Shown here in pieces: positions 50,116 through 63,811 of a stretch of 64,000 nucleotides of DNA. The stretch's first letter is position 1. Each line of letters starts with the position of its first letter. Location of the stretch: the NCBI GenBank assembly GCA_964106915.2, contig OZ066922.1; one strand, given 5' to 3'. Made by a program: the position numbers and the translations under genes. This DNA is from Podarcis gaigeae (lineage: Eukaryota). Under the pieces are notes generated by a model. That model was not told the DNA's origin, ran no database searches, and was given only the letters and a program-made list of their open reading frames with translations.

Positions 50116-50244
50116 TAGTTAACTTGAGATTCCATTACATTCAAATGCAGAAGAAAGACCCTCTTGCCTCCATCTCAAGGATTTAATCAGTTCAATGATT
50201 CTTTATTATGAAAAAGAATCTTATTTAAAATTCTCTCTCTCTCT

Positions 50245-50282
50245 CATGCATACATGCACACATACATGCATGCACACGCGCG

Positions 50283-50326
<44 letters not shown>
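50245..50326. repeat. Alternating purine-pyrimidine tract including (CG)7 and (CA)18
   Basis: Direct reading. Confidence 0.9.
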
Positions 50327-50328
<2 letters not shown>

Positions 50329-50613
50329 GAAAAGCAAAATCCTGCCATTCCCTTTCCATTTCAGCCTCCAAGACTGAAACAGTGCTCGTGTTCCTTTGCT
50401 ACTTGACATGCTCTCATTCATATTATACTGTTTAACTACTGATTGTGTATGGCTCAAAGCCATAACAATAATAAATTTACACCCTTTTACGTTTCACCCT
50501 TTTAAGTCACTCCAGGTTTCCCACACTGTTCTTCTCAGAGGTCTAATAGCAACATGCTCACTGAAGGCAAGTTTGGGGGTCAATATTGTAAAGTGAGCTG
50601 AACTGAATGGGAC

Positions 50614-51101
50614 CATAGCTGTCAAGCGTCCCTTATTTGGCGGGACAGTCCCTTATCCCAGCGCCATGTCCCGCTACTGTCCCTTATTGATGATGTCCCT
50701 TAAATTTCCCGGGTTTCAAAGGAAGCAGCTCCCGTTCCTCCCTCCCTGCCGGCCAGAGAGGAGGGAGGCTCCAACTGTGTTGCTTGGCTGCGTTGCTCAC
50801 CCAATAAGAAGTCTAAGAACGACTGGAGGGGGGGGTAGAGCTTGCATGCCTTGTGCCGATCAAATCGGCTGCATTGCCTGGGGACTCGCCTTTCCTCAGC
50901 GCTTCCCAGAGGAGAGCTGACGGTGGTTTTCCTTGAGGCTTGAGGCTTCGTTTGGCTGCTGGCTGGGCTTTCTGCCTTTGGCTTGGAGGGGCTCAGAAGT
51001 TGAACATACCTGTGCCCAGAAAATCCCTTATTTTGGCTGCTGATCCCTTATTATCAAGGCTGCTGGTCCCTTGTTTTCAAATCTGTAAGTTGACAGCTAA
51101 G
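50614..51101. mobile_element. hAT non-autonomous element
   Basis: TIR catagctgtcaa/ttgacagctaag; perfect 8-bp TSD aatgggac; subterminal (g/a)tccctta repeats. Confidence 0.9.
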
Positions 51102-51381
51102 AATGGGACCAAAATCTGAATAGATTTGATAGGGTCGTGCTTTCAGTCTGTATCAAGGAGAAGGCTAGGCTAGAACTCTTCTGCACAATATCTAGTGTCG
51201 CAACTACAGAGTTTGTGACCCAACACCAGTGGTCTGAATTAGTATGATATTGGAACAATGTCATTCCAATGAACTAGACTTTGGTACAGACAGAAATGTG
51301 TGTACATTGATATGCACCAACTGAAATTAATTGTTTTATTATTCAGTGCACCTTGAGCATGAACTAGAAGTACAAGATAGA

Positions 51382-51508
51382 TCAGGGATGGTGAACCTGA
51401 GGTCCTCCAGACATTGGACTACAGCTCTTGCTGTTCCTGGCCCTGCTGGCTGGGGCTAAGGAGTTGAGGTCCAACAACATCTGGAGAAATGCAGGGTCCC
51501 AATCCTTG
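51382..51508. mobile_element. Degenerate palindromic hAT MITE
   Basis: cctccaga..ggactaca..gagttg.gtcc..catctgga core. Confidence 0.6.
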
Positions 51509-52619
51509 AGATACACAAAGTATTTGAGGTCAGTGATTGTTTGGAACTTTGCAACAATGACCCTTTTCCACTCTAGCTGAAGGTCTTTCGTCAAAATATG
51601 GTAGCTCCTGCCTAGAGTTTTTAATTATAATTAATCCAGAAGTGTGCTCTGTCATGGACTGAAAATAAAGGAAAAGAATAGCTACTGTCTGAAAGCCGTT
51701 TTGTTTAACAAAGCATAGTTGAAGTTAGCACACAGGGATTATTCCTAGATCCTCATATAAAATTGAAGCAGCAGAAACTTAATTGGCAGCCCTTTCATAG
51801 CCTTCTATTAGATAGCCATCTTTATATGAATTGTAATGAGAATTGCTTTTAGAGCTAGTAGCATCTTATCTAAACAGCTCTAACCAGAAAAGCTAAAGTT
51901 GCAACCACACTGCCTTGTTTAAAGGAGATAAATATTTTATTATAATTCTTGATTAGTCACCGATTCAGAATAATCATGTCGAAGCTGCCATTTGCTCCCT
52001 AGTAGATTTAGTTATTCCACTGACATTTTTAACCACCGGGAATGCCACAGTTATTTATCAAAAGGAAATAAAGCATGTATCTTCCTGCTATTCCGGTTTC
52101 TCTTGCTCTGTACTGACAGCATGATTATTACAACAACTAGTCTTCCAGCCTTAAATAATTATTAAATAATTAGGAAAAATAAAAAATAGTTTGACTGATA
52201 ATTAAACAGTATAACCGTGAATGCAGGTATATATTGGCACTCAGAAACAAGCATGTTTACTTGAGGAAAATGAAGACATCTAAAGAATATATTTGTGATT
52301 GATTTGTTGTGTGTGTGTGTTTTAAAAACCCTTAGCTACCCACATTACTTGGAGAGTGTTAAACTTGGAAGCATGCAATTTTATTTTATTTTTTGCCTTA
52401 TGCCTCACAATATTTACATATTTTGACATCTTTCTGTGGAGAAAACAAATAAATGGTGCCGAATGCAAAACTGTCAGTTTGCCAAAAAACAAAAAGAAAA
52501 AAAAACAGAGCTGAGCTGAATTTGTATATGCTTTAGTTTCTTGGTGTCCAAATTTGCATGTTTGGAAATGAGGAATCTCTTGCCAAACACATATACAAAT
52601 CACACAGACATCAAAAGTA

Positions 52620-52854
52620 AAGTGGTACCTCAGGTTACAAATGCTTCAGGTTACAAACGCTTCAGGTTACAGACTCCGCTAACTCGGAAGTAGTACCTTG
52701 GGTTAAGAACTTTACCTCAGGATGAGAACAGAAATAGTGCACCGTTGGCACGTGGGAGGCCCGATTAGCTAAAGTGGTACCTCAGGTTAAGAACAGTTTC
52801 AGGTTAAGAATAGACCTCCGGAACAAATTAAGTTCTTAACCCGAGGTACCACTG
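52620..52854 (-). mobile_element. Tc1/mariner MITE, family A
   Basis: Inverted copy; first base mutated. Confidence 0.88.
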
Positions 52855-53536
52855 TATGTCTTTTCTTTTCATAGGAATCCTGGACACTATTCACAGTTTA
52901 GAGAGAGTTGCACAACACCCATCCACCTGAAAGCAGTGCAGCCCCTGAGCTCCTACCACATCCCAAAGGCAAATCTGATTCTTCAGATTTTGGTTTAAAC
53001 TGAGACATGACTGGGCACAACCCCATCGGTCCTCACTTCTAAGTAGTTGCTTCATGTAGTTTCAGATCGTGCCTCCCTCCCCACCCTAGACCCAGTAACT
53101 GCAGTAATCTGGTTCAAATTTAATGGGAAACCTGGGTTATAGAACTGAAGAAATCTTCAATCGCAGCATGCCACGAAATTACAAGTAAAGGCTTAGTGCA
53201 AGTTGGCAGACATCTTGTGCATATTTCAACTTAATAAGCCATGATTCATTAAGTCTGAATCAGGTCAGGGCTTAGGGCAAGGCTCATTTTCATTTATCTA
53301 ATTTATTCAAACAATTTATATACCACTTAAATACAGTTGTCTCCAACCAGTGTGTGAGAAACATAACAGATAAAAATAGTTAAAACTATAAAATCATACT
53401 TCAATTAAATTTTTTGCTGGAATACGAACGTTTTCACTTGGTGTCAGAAATTCAATTGGGCGTGCTGTTGCCACCTGATCTCAACTAGGAGTTCTGCAGC
53501 ATTGGGCCCACAATCCTGAATGCTCAGCTCAGTGAA

Positions 53537-53576
53537 AACAAACAAACAAACAAACAAACAAACAAACAAACAAACA
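53537..53576. repeat. (AAAC)n microsatellite
   Basis: Direct reading. Confidence 0.95.
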
Positions 53577-56043
53577 GTTTCAACAAGGGATGTAAGAGGG
53601 CAGCGATTTCCATTCTGAACTGTGTTTGGCACAATCAACGCTGTTTCCATTCTTCAGGAGTTTGGTTTCCACCAAATGCTGCATTATTTGTTGCGAATGA
53701 ATACTAATTCTATTCGCTTGTCTGATTTCCATTCCTGACCACACTCAAACTGCAGCAATTTCTGCTTTTTTTCATCAGTATTCTCTGAAACCCTCAATTT
53801 CAGCTAAGCCTTTCTGCAAAGGTTCTGTTAGGGCCAATTCTTCTGCTCCCTTAAGTGGCATTGCTGACACTGCTCTGTGGTTGATTCATAATACTCCCAT
53901 ATAACATACTATGGGAAAGAATACAAGGAGCTTCTCAAAAATACTTTTACTTGCAATAATCCGTGTTGGGTAGAGATCCTCCAAGGCTCTCCTTAAATTC
54001 ACTTTGGATCTATATGTTTCCCCGGGGGGTGGAGGAACCCCTCAAATAACAATGCAATCTGAGAAGTTGAAAAGATGGTGTCACTCACCAGCCTATCACC
54101 TCCTGTTCATCTATGCTGTCCCTCCCAACTTACTCCACTTCCCCTTCCGTTGGATGTGGGAGAAGCAACAAGCACAGGTGAGGAAGAGAATGGAGAATTG
54201 GTTTTTCTTTGCTTCTCATCTCATTGCCAGGTCACACATGGCAACATGCTCCATGTGATAGGGCACAGGTGTCTATGGGAGATGTAGTTCTCCAAAGGAT
54301 TCTTGAAATTGCAAAAGATGACACAGAAGTATGTTGCCATCTTCTACAGCAGGGAAGATTAATCTGTGGTTCTCTTGTCTAGATGTTGCTGGACTGCAAA
54401 TCCCATCTTTCCTGCCTGATGGCCATTCTGTCTGGACTGATAGGAAAGTCTGGAGGGCCACACCTGTTTTATTTTTTATTTTGCATCTCCATGCATTAAA
54501 AGAACGTGTACAGCAGGATAATTACACCCCAAAGGATTCCCTTTTATAAAATGAATTTGGTTTGATATAAGATCCATGCTCTTAGTCATGACAGCATTGA
54601 ACCCATTATAACCTCACTTTTATGAGCCTGTTTCCTATTTATTATTTCAGACGGGCAAATTATTCATCACAAGCAATTTATCTGTCACATTTATCATTTC
54701 TTTCTCTTCAAATTTATCCACAAACACATCACATTTTTCACAAATGTCTTCATTAATCAAAACAGGTATGCTGGATACTTTGTGAGAACGCAGCTCATTT
54801 AATGGAGTGTTCTCATTCGGCTGAATTCATAAGAGATATTGGAATTCATAACCGGAGCTGGGCTATTGATTTAAGCGACCTCACGGGGCTTTGCTTTATT
54901 GGACAACTCCCAGGGGTAGGGTGGGAGGAAACAGCATCATGGGACTTAGGCTTCCCTCTGCTTCAGGCAGAGATGGCGCAAAGGCAGGGTCGTTCTTCTG
55001 ATACAATTGTTATTAAAATAGAATAAACTGACAAACTGGAAAAACCGTAAAGGAAAGTGTTGTCGTTTTATTGCTGATTTATCACAAGGCACAGGAACTT
55101 CTTCAGGTGTTACCTTTAAGTGTGAAGAAAGCACATGCAGGCTGGAATGTGGGCTTAAGCATTCTAGCTCTGCCCCCCATGTCATTCCCATGACTTCCTA
55201 GTTCATGGAGGAAGCCTTCTGTATTCAAAGACTCCTCAAACATTTTAGAATCCTGGAAAAGCACAGAACACTTCCCCCCATCTTTTTGCCTCAAGACAAC
55301 CCTGTAAGTTAAGTTAAGCTAAAAGAAAGAGGGAGAGCAAAACTGGTGCAAGTTTACCCAGTGAGCTTTATGACAAGACAGGCATTTGAACCAGACTCTC
55401 CTCTGTCATAGTATGGCTAAAACTCATGCAATCAATCAAGCACAATTTATTTAATTGGGTGAGAACCCAACAGATAAAACACATTTGACAGGAGTCAGAT
55501 ATTACTGTAATCCACGCAGATCAGCTAAGCCTGTCTGCCGAATAATTCATTTTGCTTATTTGAAATTAAGTAAACGGTTTCTTCAACACAGTGGTTTTAT
55601 TGGAGATGGAATTGAGATGACATTTAGAAAAGAATTATTACTAATCTGGCACAATGTGTCCAATTACTGCTCTTATACTGCTTAACAGGTGTGTGTGTGT
55701 GTATCCCCACTGGTTATTTAGAAAATCACCCTTATCAGTGAATTAATATTTTACTATTTGTAAACTATTTTGCTGGTTTGTAGGGATAAATCCACTTACT
55801 AATTTGTGTTCTGCAGGTAGAAAGCATATTTAACCTGATTTTCATTAAAGCTCTTAGCTGAATTGACCATTCTGCTGACATTAGACCTTTTACAGTAATG
55901 AGGCTGAAATAAGATTGGGAGGTTGCTACTGGCAATATAACCCTTTCTCTCTCTCTCTCATTCATATATATATAATCAATCTTATCCAGGCAAGAGAAAT
56001 ATACCTTTTGTGACTAGGATATTTGGGGAAATCAGTACAGTTG

Positions 56044-56350
56044 TTAGAGTATTGTAGTTACAGGCAACTGGCCCATTGTTCCCATCAACACCTTGGCTGC
56101 TGCATTCTGCACTAGTTGCAACTTCTGGCTCAGCTTTAAGGGCAGCCCCACATGAAGTACATTACAGTAGCCCAGCCAGGATGTTACCAGAATGTGCATA
56201 ACTGTAGCCGGGATCTTCCTGTCCAGAAAAAGCAACCAAACCAAAGCCAGGTGTAGGCATCTCTGGCAGTTAAATTCACTCTGGGTTCAAGTGGCAATGG
56301 TGGTTCTAGAAACCATCTACAAATCTGCTCCTTCAAGGGAAGTGTCACAG
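56044..56350 (-). mobile_element. L2 LINE ORF2 relic
   Basis: Translates to HILVTSWLGYCNVLHVGLPLKLSQKLQLVQNAAAKVL, matching the L2 consensus-like SRLDYCN..LQLVQNAAAR. Confidence 0.8.
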
Positions 56351-56501
56351 TAGTACCTGGTGGGGTGGCAGAAACAGAGTGCTACAGTTGTCCTGGCTTC
56401 CAAACACAGCATTTTGCTGGTACTGACCAGAGGCAGAAGGACACAGGTGAGGCATAGGGAGCTCAGCTTTATACAGGCACATAATGGCAAAACTGCTCCA
56501 T

Positions 56502-56556
56502 TGCACTGCACTGCACTGCACTGCACTGCACTGCACTGCACTGCACTGCACTGCAC
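56502..56556. repeat. (TGCAC)11 pentanucleotide repeat
   Basis: Direct reading. Confidence 0.95.
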
Positions 56557-58664
56557 AGTACCAAGCTCCCTGGGCCTTGCCCCATGCCCTTTCCCTCTTG
56601 TAAGCACCAGTGGCACACTGTGCTTGGAAGCTGGGACATCTACTGGAGCGCCACCCTTCCAGAGCAGGTTGTTCTACCAGATCCCAGACTTGGGAACCAC
56701 CCAAACCAAAGAAACTCAATCTTGTCAAGCCATGCTAAAGCTAAAAAAAAGGACTTCAAATAATTGTGGGATCTATTTCCTTTCCCCCTAGAATTTGAGA
56801 TCCAATTGAAGCCAGGTGCAAAAGACAAACACTTAAAATTAAAGAATTCACTAATTTAAGAGTCCACTAATTTGATTTTGGGAAGCAGAACTGCACTGAG
56901 GTTTTACTCGCAGATTGCATGCCAGACCTGCTTCCTTCATTTCAGCAGGATAATTGGGGGTGGGGGTAATTTTGTTGATGTCACAGATCTGCTAATAGAG
57001 TTCTGACCTACCTTTTCCCCATCCCCTGCCTTATGCATTGTCAGTATGCAATTGGCACACTAGAAACCCCAAATAGTCTGATATGCGGTAAAGCAAGCAT
57101 TCAACACCAAAGTACATGCTGACACTGGCATTTGAGGAAGGAGAGCGAGTGCTACATTTTCTTATATCTCTTTTAAAGCATCTAAAATTGCTGAGTGTCA
57201 TCTGCACATTGTAAAAAGAAAAGAAATAAAACAAAAACCCAAAAACCTGAACAGCCTCCAAACTTTTGACAAAGTGCTGAAACATGAAAAAGAGTGGAAG
57301 AAGTGCAAATTCAAAGCTAGTAACCCACTGGCCAAAGTGCTTGGCAATAACTCATCATAAATCATGGCCAAGAATTGCTTCTGTGTTAAGCGCACAAGCC
57401 TTCAGCTATCTGTAGCGCTGCCGATTTATATTACCATTTCATAAGAAACAAGGTGGATAGCACAGCCTGGCTTTAATAGCAGACTTGTCATGATGTCCTA
57501 TGGAGGTGAGAAAGTAGCTATTTGTGAGGAAATAATGATGCAGCTCTACTAAAAAGCTTCTTTCTTCTTAACGTTTTTGTGGGGCTTGAAGCGTTATACA
57601 AGACCGGGGGTGGGGGTAGGAAGAAGAAATAATAGGGTTTTTTAAGTGCCTCTGTGTTTTCAGAGAACTACCTTCATAGGATGCAATCAGTTTGCATTAA
57701 CACACCATCTTCTGACATTTCAGATGAGATAGAGGTAGTTTCCACAGAACATCCTAAGGGCATCAATAGACCTGGGAAAACTACATTTCCCAGGGCTACT
57801 GATGCCTGTTTCTGGCACAGCAGCACTCTGGGACCTGAAGCAATGGTAGAAGACAGTAATGTGTACAAATGGATAATCTCCTTTCCCCCCACCTCCCATC
57901 TGTCCCAGGTAAAATGGGACAAAAAGGGATGTAGATTTACCTAATACAAAATAAAGATTAAATGACAGCCAAGCAGGCTGCAACATCCTTTTATACCAAA
58001 CTGGGTTCCCTGCACCTTATGCATGAACTTTGGGTCAGATACTTTTTCATCTGCCACAGAAGCAAGCCATGCGGGAGTGTTAGTGAGTAATATCTAGCGC
58101 TTAGCACATTACCCCTCATTTAAACGTAATTTAAACCTGTCATACTTACAGTCTGGACAAATGAACACATGTGGTCTGTTTATACTTGGTGGAATATCAG
58201 AAGAAACAACATGTGCAGCTTAAATTTTATATGACTCTGCTCTTTTTTTTTTTTTTTGCTCCACTTCAAGCCTATCATATGTGGACAGAGAGACTACACA
58301 GATCAATTATGTATTTCATGTAGATATGCATACACCTGAAAAAGTGCATCTCTTCATTGACCATGCACTCAGAAAAGAGTATGCTGACTAAACTCCAACA
58401 CGAACACTATCTTGGGTTTTGTTTTTTGTGTTTTTGTCTTTTTAGGATTCATGAATCAAATAAAGACATAAAGAGACAGGAAGAAAAATGCTGCAACTCA
58501 TGAACTGCCCAGGCAACACCTAAGGGTGCATCTGCACCCACACTGGCCTTCCCTGGTGCCCACGGGGTCCAATTCACCTCACCGCTTCCCATAGCTGAAA
58601 TCAGGCTTTAAACAAGCCTTCCATCAAGCAGAAAGCTGTTTTGAAGCCTGATTGCAAAGAGTTA

Positions 58665-59152
58665 CCGTATTTTTCACCCCATAGGACGCACCACCCTATA
58701 GGACGCACCTAGTTTTTTTTGGGGGGGGGAATAAAGAAAAAAAAATATTTTCCCCCCCCCCAGGCACGGGGCTGGCGCGGGGGAAGCCCGAGCTTCCCCG
58801 ACCCCAGCCACCAGAACAGCCTGCTATCCGCAAGTCTTGGGAGCCTCGCCGGTCTCCCCAGGCTTGCGAACAGCTGTGCGAAGCCTGGGCGTGCTCTTCA
58901 GTGTGCCCGAGGCTTCGGAATGCAGTGCTGCGCGGAGCCCGGGAGTGCAGGCAGCTCTGCGCGACCTTCCGAAGGCCGGAGGCTTGGCGCCGGGCTCCGG
59001 AGCGTTGCGCAGAGCTTCCTGAAGCCTAGAGAGGGAGAGCCTCTTGCTCTCCAGGCTTCAGCGAAAGCCTGTATTCGCCCCATAGGACGCACCCACATTT
59101 CCCCTTCATTTTTGGAGGGGGAAAAGTGCTTCCTATAGGGTGAAAAATACAG
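58665..59152 (-). mobile_element. Tc1/mariner non-autonomous element, family C
   Basis: Inverted relative of 47521-47901; TA TSD. Confidence 0.88.
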
Positions 59153-60174
59153 TAACTCTCCCTTTCTTATCTGTGACTTCCTCATGAAAAATGGCCACCG
59201 CACCACAATTCCACTTCAAATAAGCTGTCTGTTGGCATGTATACATGGTTGCAGCATGTGTGCACATGCCTGGTTGCAGCACATACTTGTGGTGTGTGTG
59301 TGGTGCATACAATATGTGTCCATGGGCCAAAATATGATTGGTTTCTGGTTGAGAGCAGAATATACTACCTAAGATAATAGAGTAAACTGCACATAGACAG
59401 ACATTCTTTCTTGTTGCGCTGTAGCAATGCTGCAAATTTCTCTCCAGGAAAACTCAGGACCAACCTAGACACTACTTTAAAGAAAGAAAGACACAATGAG
59501 CTTTTTGGTGCCAATGCATTCCACCCCCCCCCCCAACGCTGATTGCCATATTGGGGTGGGGATGGTGATCTCCATCAGCATCAGGGCTGGAGAGGGAACA
59601 GCCTTCATTCACACATGCTGCTGTCCCAATGATAATGATCTTGGTTGTTGTTGTTTTAAAAAGCCCACAACGCAGACATAGCTGTTAACTATTGTCTTTC
59701 AAATACTAGGAAGCAGGGTGGAAAAAAGTAATAACAATAAAAAGTACTTCCATCTGATGTTAGAAGAATGCATGCTTGAATGCTCCCCTGTTAAAAAATA
59801 CTCCAACAACTTCACATTAAAAGTCTCATGGAGAAGGTTTAGCTAAAATACTATCAACTATTATTGATGTATGGGACATTCCTTTTAGACATGGGACAAT
59901 GTTTGAACATATGACCCCTTAACTGATGTCAGGAGCACCATGTGGTCTTAAGCATCTACATCTTGATGGGAGTATATTTTTGAAAAGGAAAGAGACTCCT
60001 ACCTTTTTAAGGTGTAGATGATCAGAGATCCCTGAAACCTTATCTTGGTTTTCATATTTCATCACCACACAAATGCACACTTTCACAACTTTTCTGTTCT
60101 GGGTATTTCTCTAACAATCATGGGCAGCCAGACTTAAAATGGGCAGTTCAAAAATACAAGTCATGCAAAAGTTG

Positions 60175-60300
60175 CTTATGTTTGATGTTTTACTGTGTTT
60201 TTATATGAGCTGTTAAGTAGCCAAGAGTGATTGGGGAAACCCAGTTAGATGGGCAGGGAATAAATAATAATAAAATTGTTATTATAAATTATTATTATGT
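60175..60300 (+). mobile_element. L2 3' UTR relic
   Basis: gccaagagtgattggggaaacccag..gatgggcaggg.ataaataataat, similar to 42494-42550. Confidence 0.6.
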
Positions 60301-60663
60301 TGGTTAACATAATTGTAAGGAGCAGCAGCAGCAGCAGACATGGTGCCATACGCCAGCACTGGCAATCAGCCCAGAAGTTGCAAGGAAATTGAATGATGAG
60401 GGGAGGACAATGAAGCCGCAGGTGTGCTTGAGCCAGAGGAAGATAAAAGCAGTGTGGGTGCATCTGTTGGAGTGAGTCCCAGGGTACACCCAGAAGGAGA
60501 GCTAATAGTGGGAAGTGGAGGGAGAGATAGCAAGCAAAAGCTGAGCGAACAACACAGAGAGCAGAAATGGAGATGCAAAGTGAGAAAAGTGGTACCTATA
60601 TGTGTGGAGGTAGGAATGGAAGAGAAAAAAGGACATAGCAGGCAGAGAGGTAGATAGAAAGCA

Positions 60664-60712
<49 letters not shown>

Positions 60713-63700
60713 TTGCAACAAAAACGATTGGAGAACAGTTAAAAAGACAACTGACAGTTGCAAGGAACTTACGGGAGACAGAAGAAATTTCAAAAGGCGG
60801 CAGGAAAACACAGCAGGAGTGATAATATAAGAGTCCCCAAAGGGGAAGTTTGGTTCAGCAAAGGGTAATCTGGCCAGTCTGTCTCAGTGGAGGGCCACAT
60901 AATAAGAGTATGTAGTATTCTTCTTAGCAGGGAATGTCCTGTGGTGAGAAAAGCCTCTAGCATGTACCGTAGATGTAAAAGGCAACTCAGGTGTCTTTGC
61001 TAACAAGAGATAACCAGGCATTCTGAGGACACCTAGGAGCCCAAGAAAAGGAACACTTGACAAGTCTGAAAAGTAAATTTAGTATTCCCAGACCCTCCCT
61101 TTCGACACAGATTCCAAGGCTACTCTCCACGGAATAACTTGACAGAAATAATTCTAGATCACGGAGAACCCTCTCCTGACAAGTCGTGTGAAGCTGATGC
61201 CAAAAATATCCAGTATCACTTTCTTAACAGAAACCTTATTGGGGCAAAGCAACATGAATCATTGGTGCCTGACAGTAACATCACCTGTTGGAGATCATGA
61301 TGCCTCTGGTGTGAAGCTGGGCTGTAACATTCGTCTGCATTAGTGTTATCAAATTCCCAGTTCTCTCTATGTAGGCTTCTAAATGTCATGGAATGTGACA
61401 TCTGTGAATGCACAGGTGCATTGCAGCAGTGCATGCCTTGCACACAAATCATAATCACATATCACTAGGCAGTTCTAAATTTCTCTTTTATAAAGCCCCA
61501 ACAACAAGACACACTTGTCTGTAAACCTTGCAGTAAGGTCATTCAAGGAACTACTGCAGAATTGCTGTTAATTGTAATTTTACTGCTTCTTGTATATTGT
61601 ATTTTACTGTATTACAATTTCAATGCCACAGAATTCCACTGAATTCAAATTTCGGGTGTTCCTCCCAAACTCACTATACACCACGTGAATGAAGCTCACA
61701 GACCACTGGTAGTCTGTGGAACACAATTTGGCAACCCCTGAGTTAGATGACCCAAGGAACTGACTCAGTATACAGCAGCTTCCTGTGCTGCTATAAAGTT
61801 GTCACCAGAAAACTTCATTGTATGCACAGCTTGGGTAGTTGCAGGTTCTGACAGCAGGCAGCATTCTTCCCCCCACCCACTTATTCTATTAATCAGCTAT
61901 TGCTGTATTACTTTATAGAGCCTTTGGCACCTTTGTTGTTGAGCTATCTTATATTTGGTTAGATTTGACAAGGGACTCGTTTTGGTAATGTGGTAATTAA
62001 GACTTGAACAGATGTCAGCATTAATAAGAGACACAAATGAGGTGTAGGGAGATGAATGTACTGCTTTAGCTGTGCTGGCGGGCTAGCCATCACTAATAGC
62101 TGTGGATGGCACCGATTCAACAACCCCTTGGTTGAGAGAGCTTTTGGCACAACGTCCTGAAATCAAGTTTATGGACACCAGTGGCAATGGGAAAATGAAG
62201 CAAATAAATGTAAGAAAACACAAAAACTAGATAGCATACGCAGAGCTGAGGACTTTTGTTCTGGCAAGTATAGATGCTCCAGAACCAATGGAGCATTGAT
62301 ACAAAAACACTGATGTCTTTATATTTAGGAAATTACAGTAATGCCTCATTATAAAGTAATTATAGAATGACTTTCCCCTTTGCTTAATTTCCAATATTTT
62401 GCAGAGGTTTAATCTTATTAATACATGTCACAGCAAAATGGTTCTATCATTATAAGTTTAGCAGGCTCCATGCCATGTTGTTGTTGTTTTAAACCCACAA
62501 TACTTTTATAATTCATTACTTATTATGCTGTCATTGTAGCTCAATCTGATTTTACTACCCTGCTTTCAAAAATAATCTCAGATTTTTTTTTAATGCCCCT
62601 CTCAAATCACCCCCTTGTTTCAATCATAATGCAGTTCTAATCAGAATTTCCCACAATCCATTACTGAGACTCACAGTCCATCACTGAGATCACTGCTGCT
62701 CTTTTACCTAGTGTGCCCATTTGCACTTACTCAAGCCTTCACACATGACCAGGGACAGCAGTAGTGCCTGGCATCCCTGAGAAACTGCTTGGACCTGAGC
62801 TTCCTGCCACAACCCACTAGCAACTATTCAGAGCTGCACCCCATCCTGCCAGGTATGTAAGTTGCAATTTAAAAGAAATTTTACAGTGCCTGCAGAGCAT
62901 AGATTGTGACATTGCTCTGGGGTATTGTTGAGAAATCTAAAAATGCAGTCATCTGGTACCATTCAGAAGGATACCTTCTTAGCTTCCCTGTATCTGTGTG
63001 TGATCCTCTGCAAAGGCTTGTCCTCTACTCTGATTTTCTGCCCACCTTATCCTTCCCACAGAACAACAGATTTTTAGCAGAATCCTAAACGTATTGCGGC
63101 CATCTGATACAGGACATGCATGTGCATTTGGGTGTGGGCAGACAACAAGCCAAATTTGTTTCTGCCTTGCAGTGTAAAGCAAGCACAGTATGCCTCTCTG
63201 ATCCGATCGCCAGCTAGTCAGAAGCAGCATCTCCATTTGCATTGGGGCAGGATTGACAAGCATATCAGTGTCAGGAAACAGAGTCCAAACAAAACCCAGC
63301 TGCAATCTGCTTTGGAACCCTGCAAACAACCTGAGTCACTCCCAACAAGAGTGAAGTTTCCCCTTCACTAAGCAAATAAACTGCCTCTCTCAATGAGCCG
63401 TGGCCTCCAACTTGTGGACTGCCAACACAGCTTTCTGGCAGCCAGATGAACATTCTGAAGAAAGGACCAGGTTTTCAAATCACTAATCAAGTGAGATTCA
63501 GTGCATCTTGTATCATGCTGCTCATGTTCAGCAGCTGGCAGAGGTCAAGGGAGAGTACTGGATGAAATGTCACAACATGATAGCATCCTGCCTGCTGGCA
63601 GTGTTGTGGATCAGGTATTAGCAAAAGCTTTAGAGATTGGCCCTGGTTTAAAATGAAAGATGGGTATAGGCAAACAAATTTCACAATATGCTTCCGAACA

Positions 63701-63811
63701 AAACGGTGTGTTTGTATGTGTATGATGCAATCAGCCATGCAGTTATGTTGTTGCTACTATCCTGCTACTCCTGCAGTAGCAGCTAATGCTAGCAGTAAGG
63801 ATATTACTATA

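Noticed and set aside
56502-56556. (TGCAC)n as a metal-response element array or Cys/His repeat protein
   Set aside because: Does not fit TGCRCNC; a simple microsatellite explains the CSAVQ/HCTAL ORFs.
47468-59206. GC-rich ORFs or CpG-island candidates at 47.5-47.9 kb and 58.7-59.1 kb
   Set aside because: They lie entirely within TIR-bounded non-autonomous transposons; no transposase motifs.
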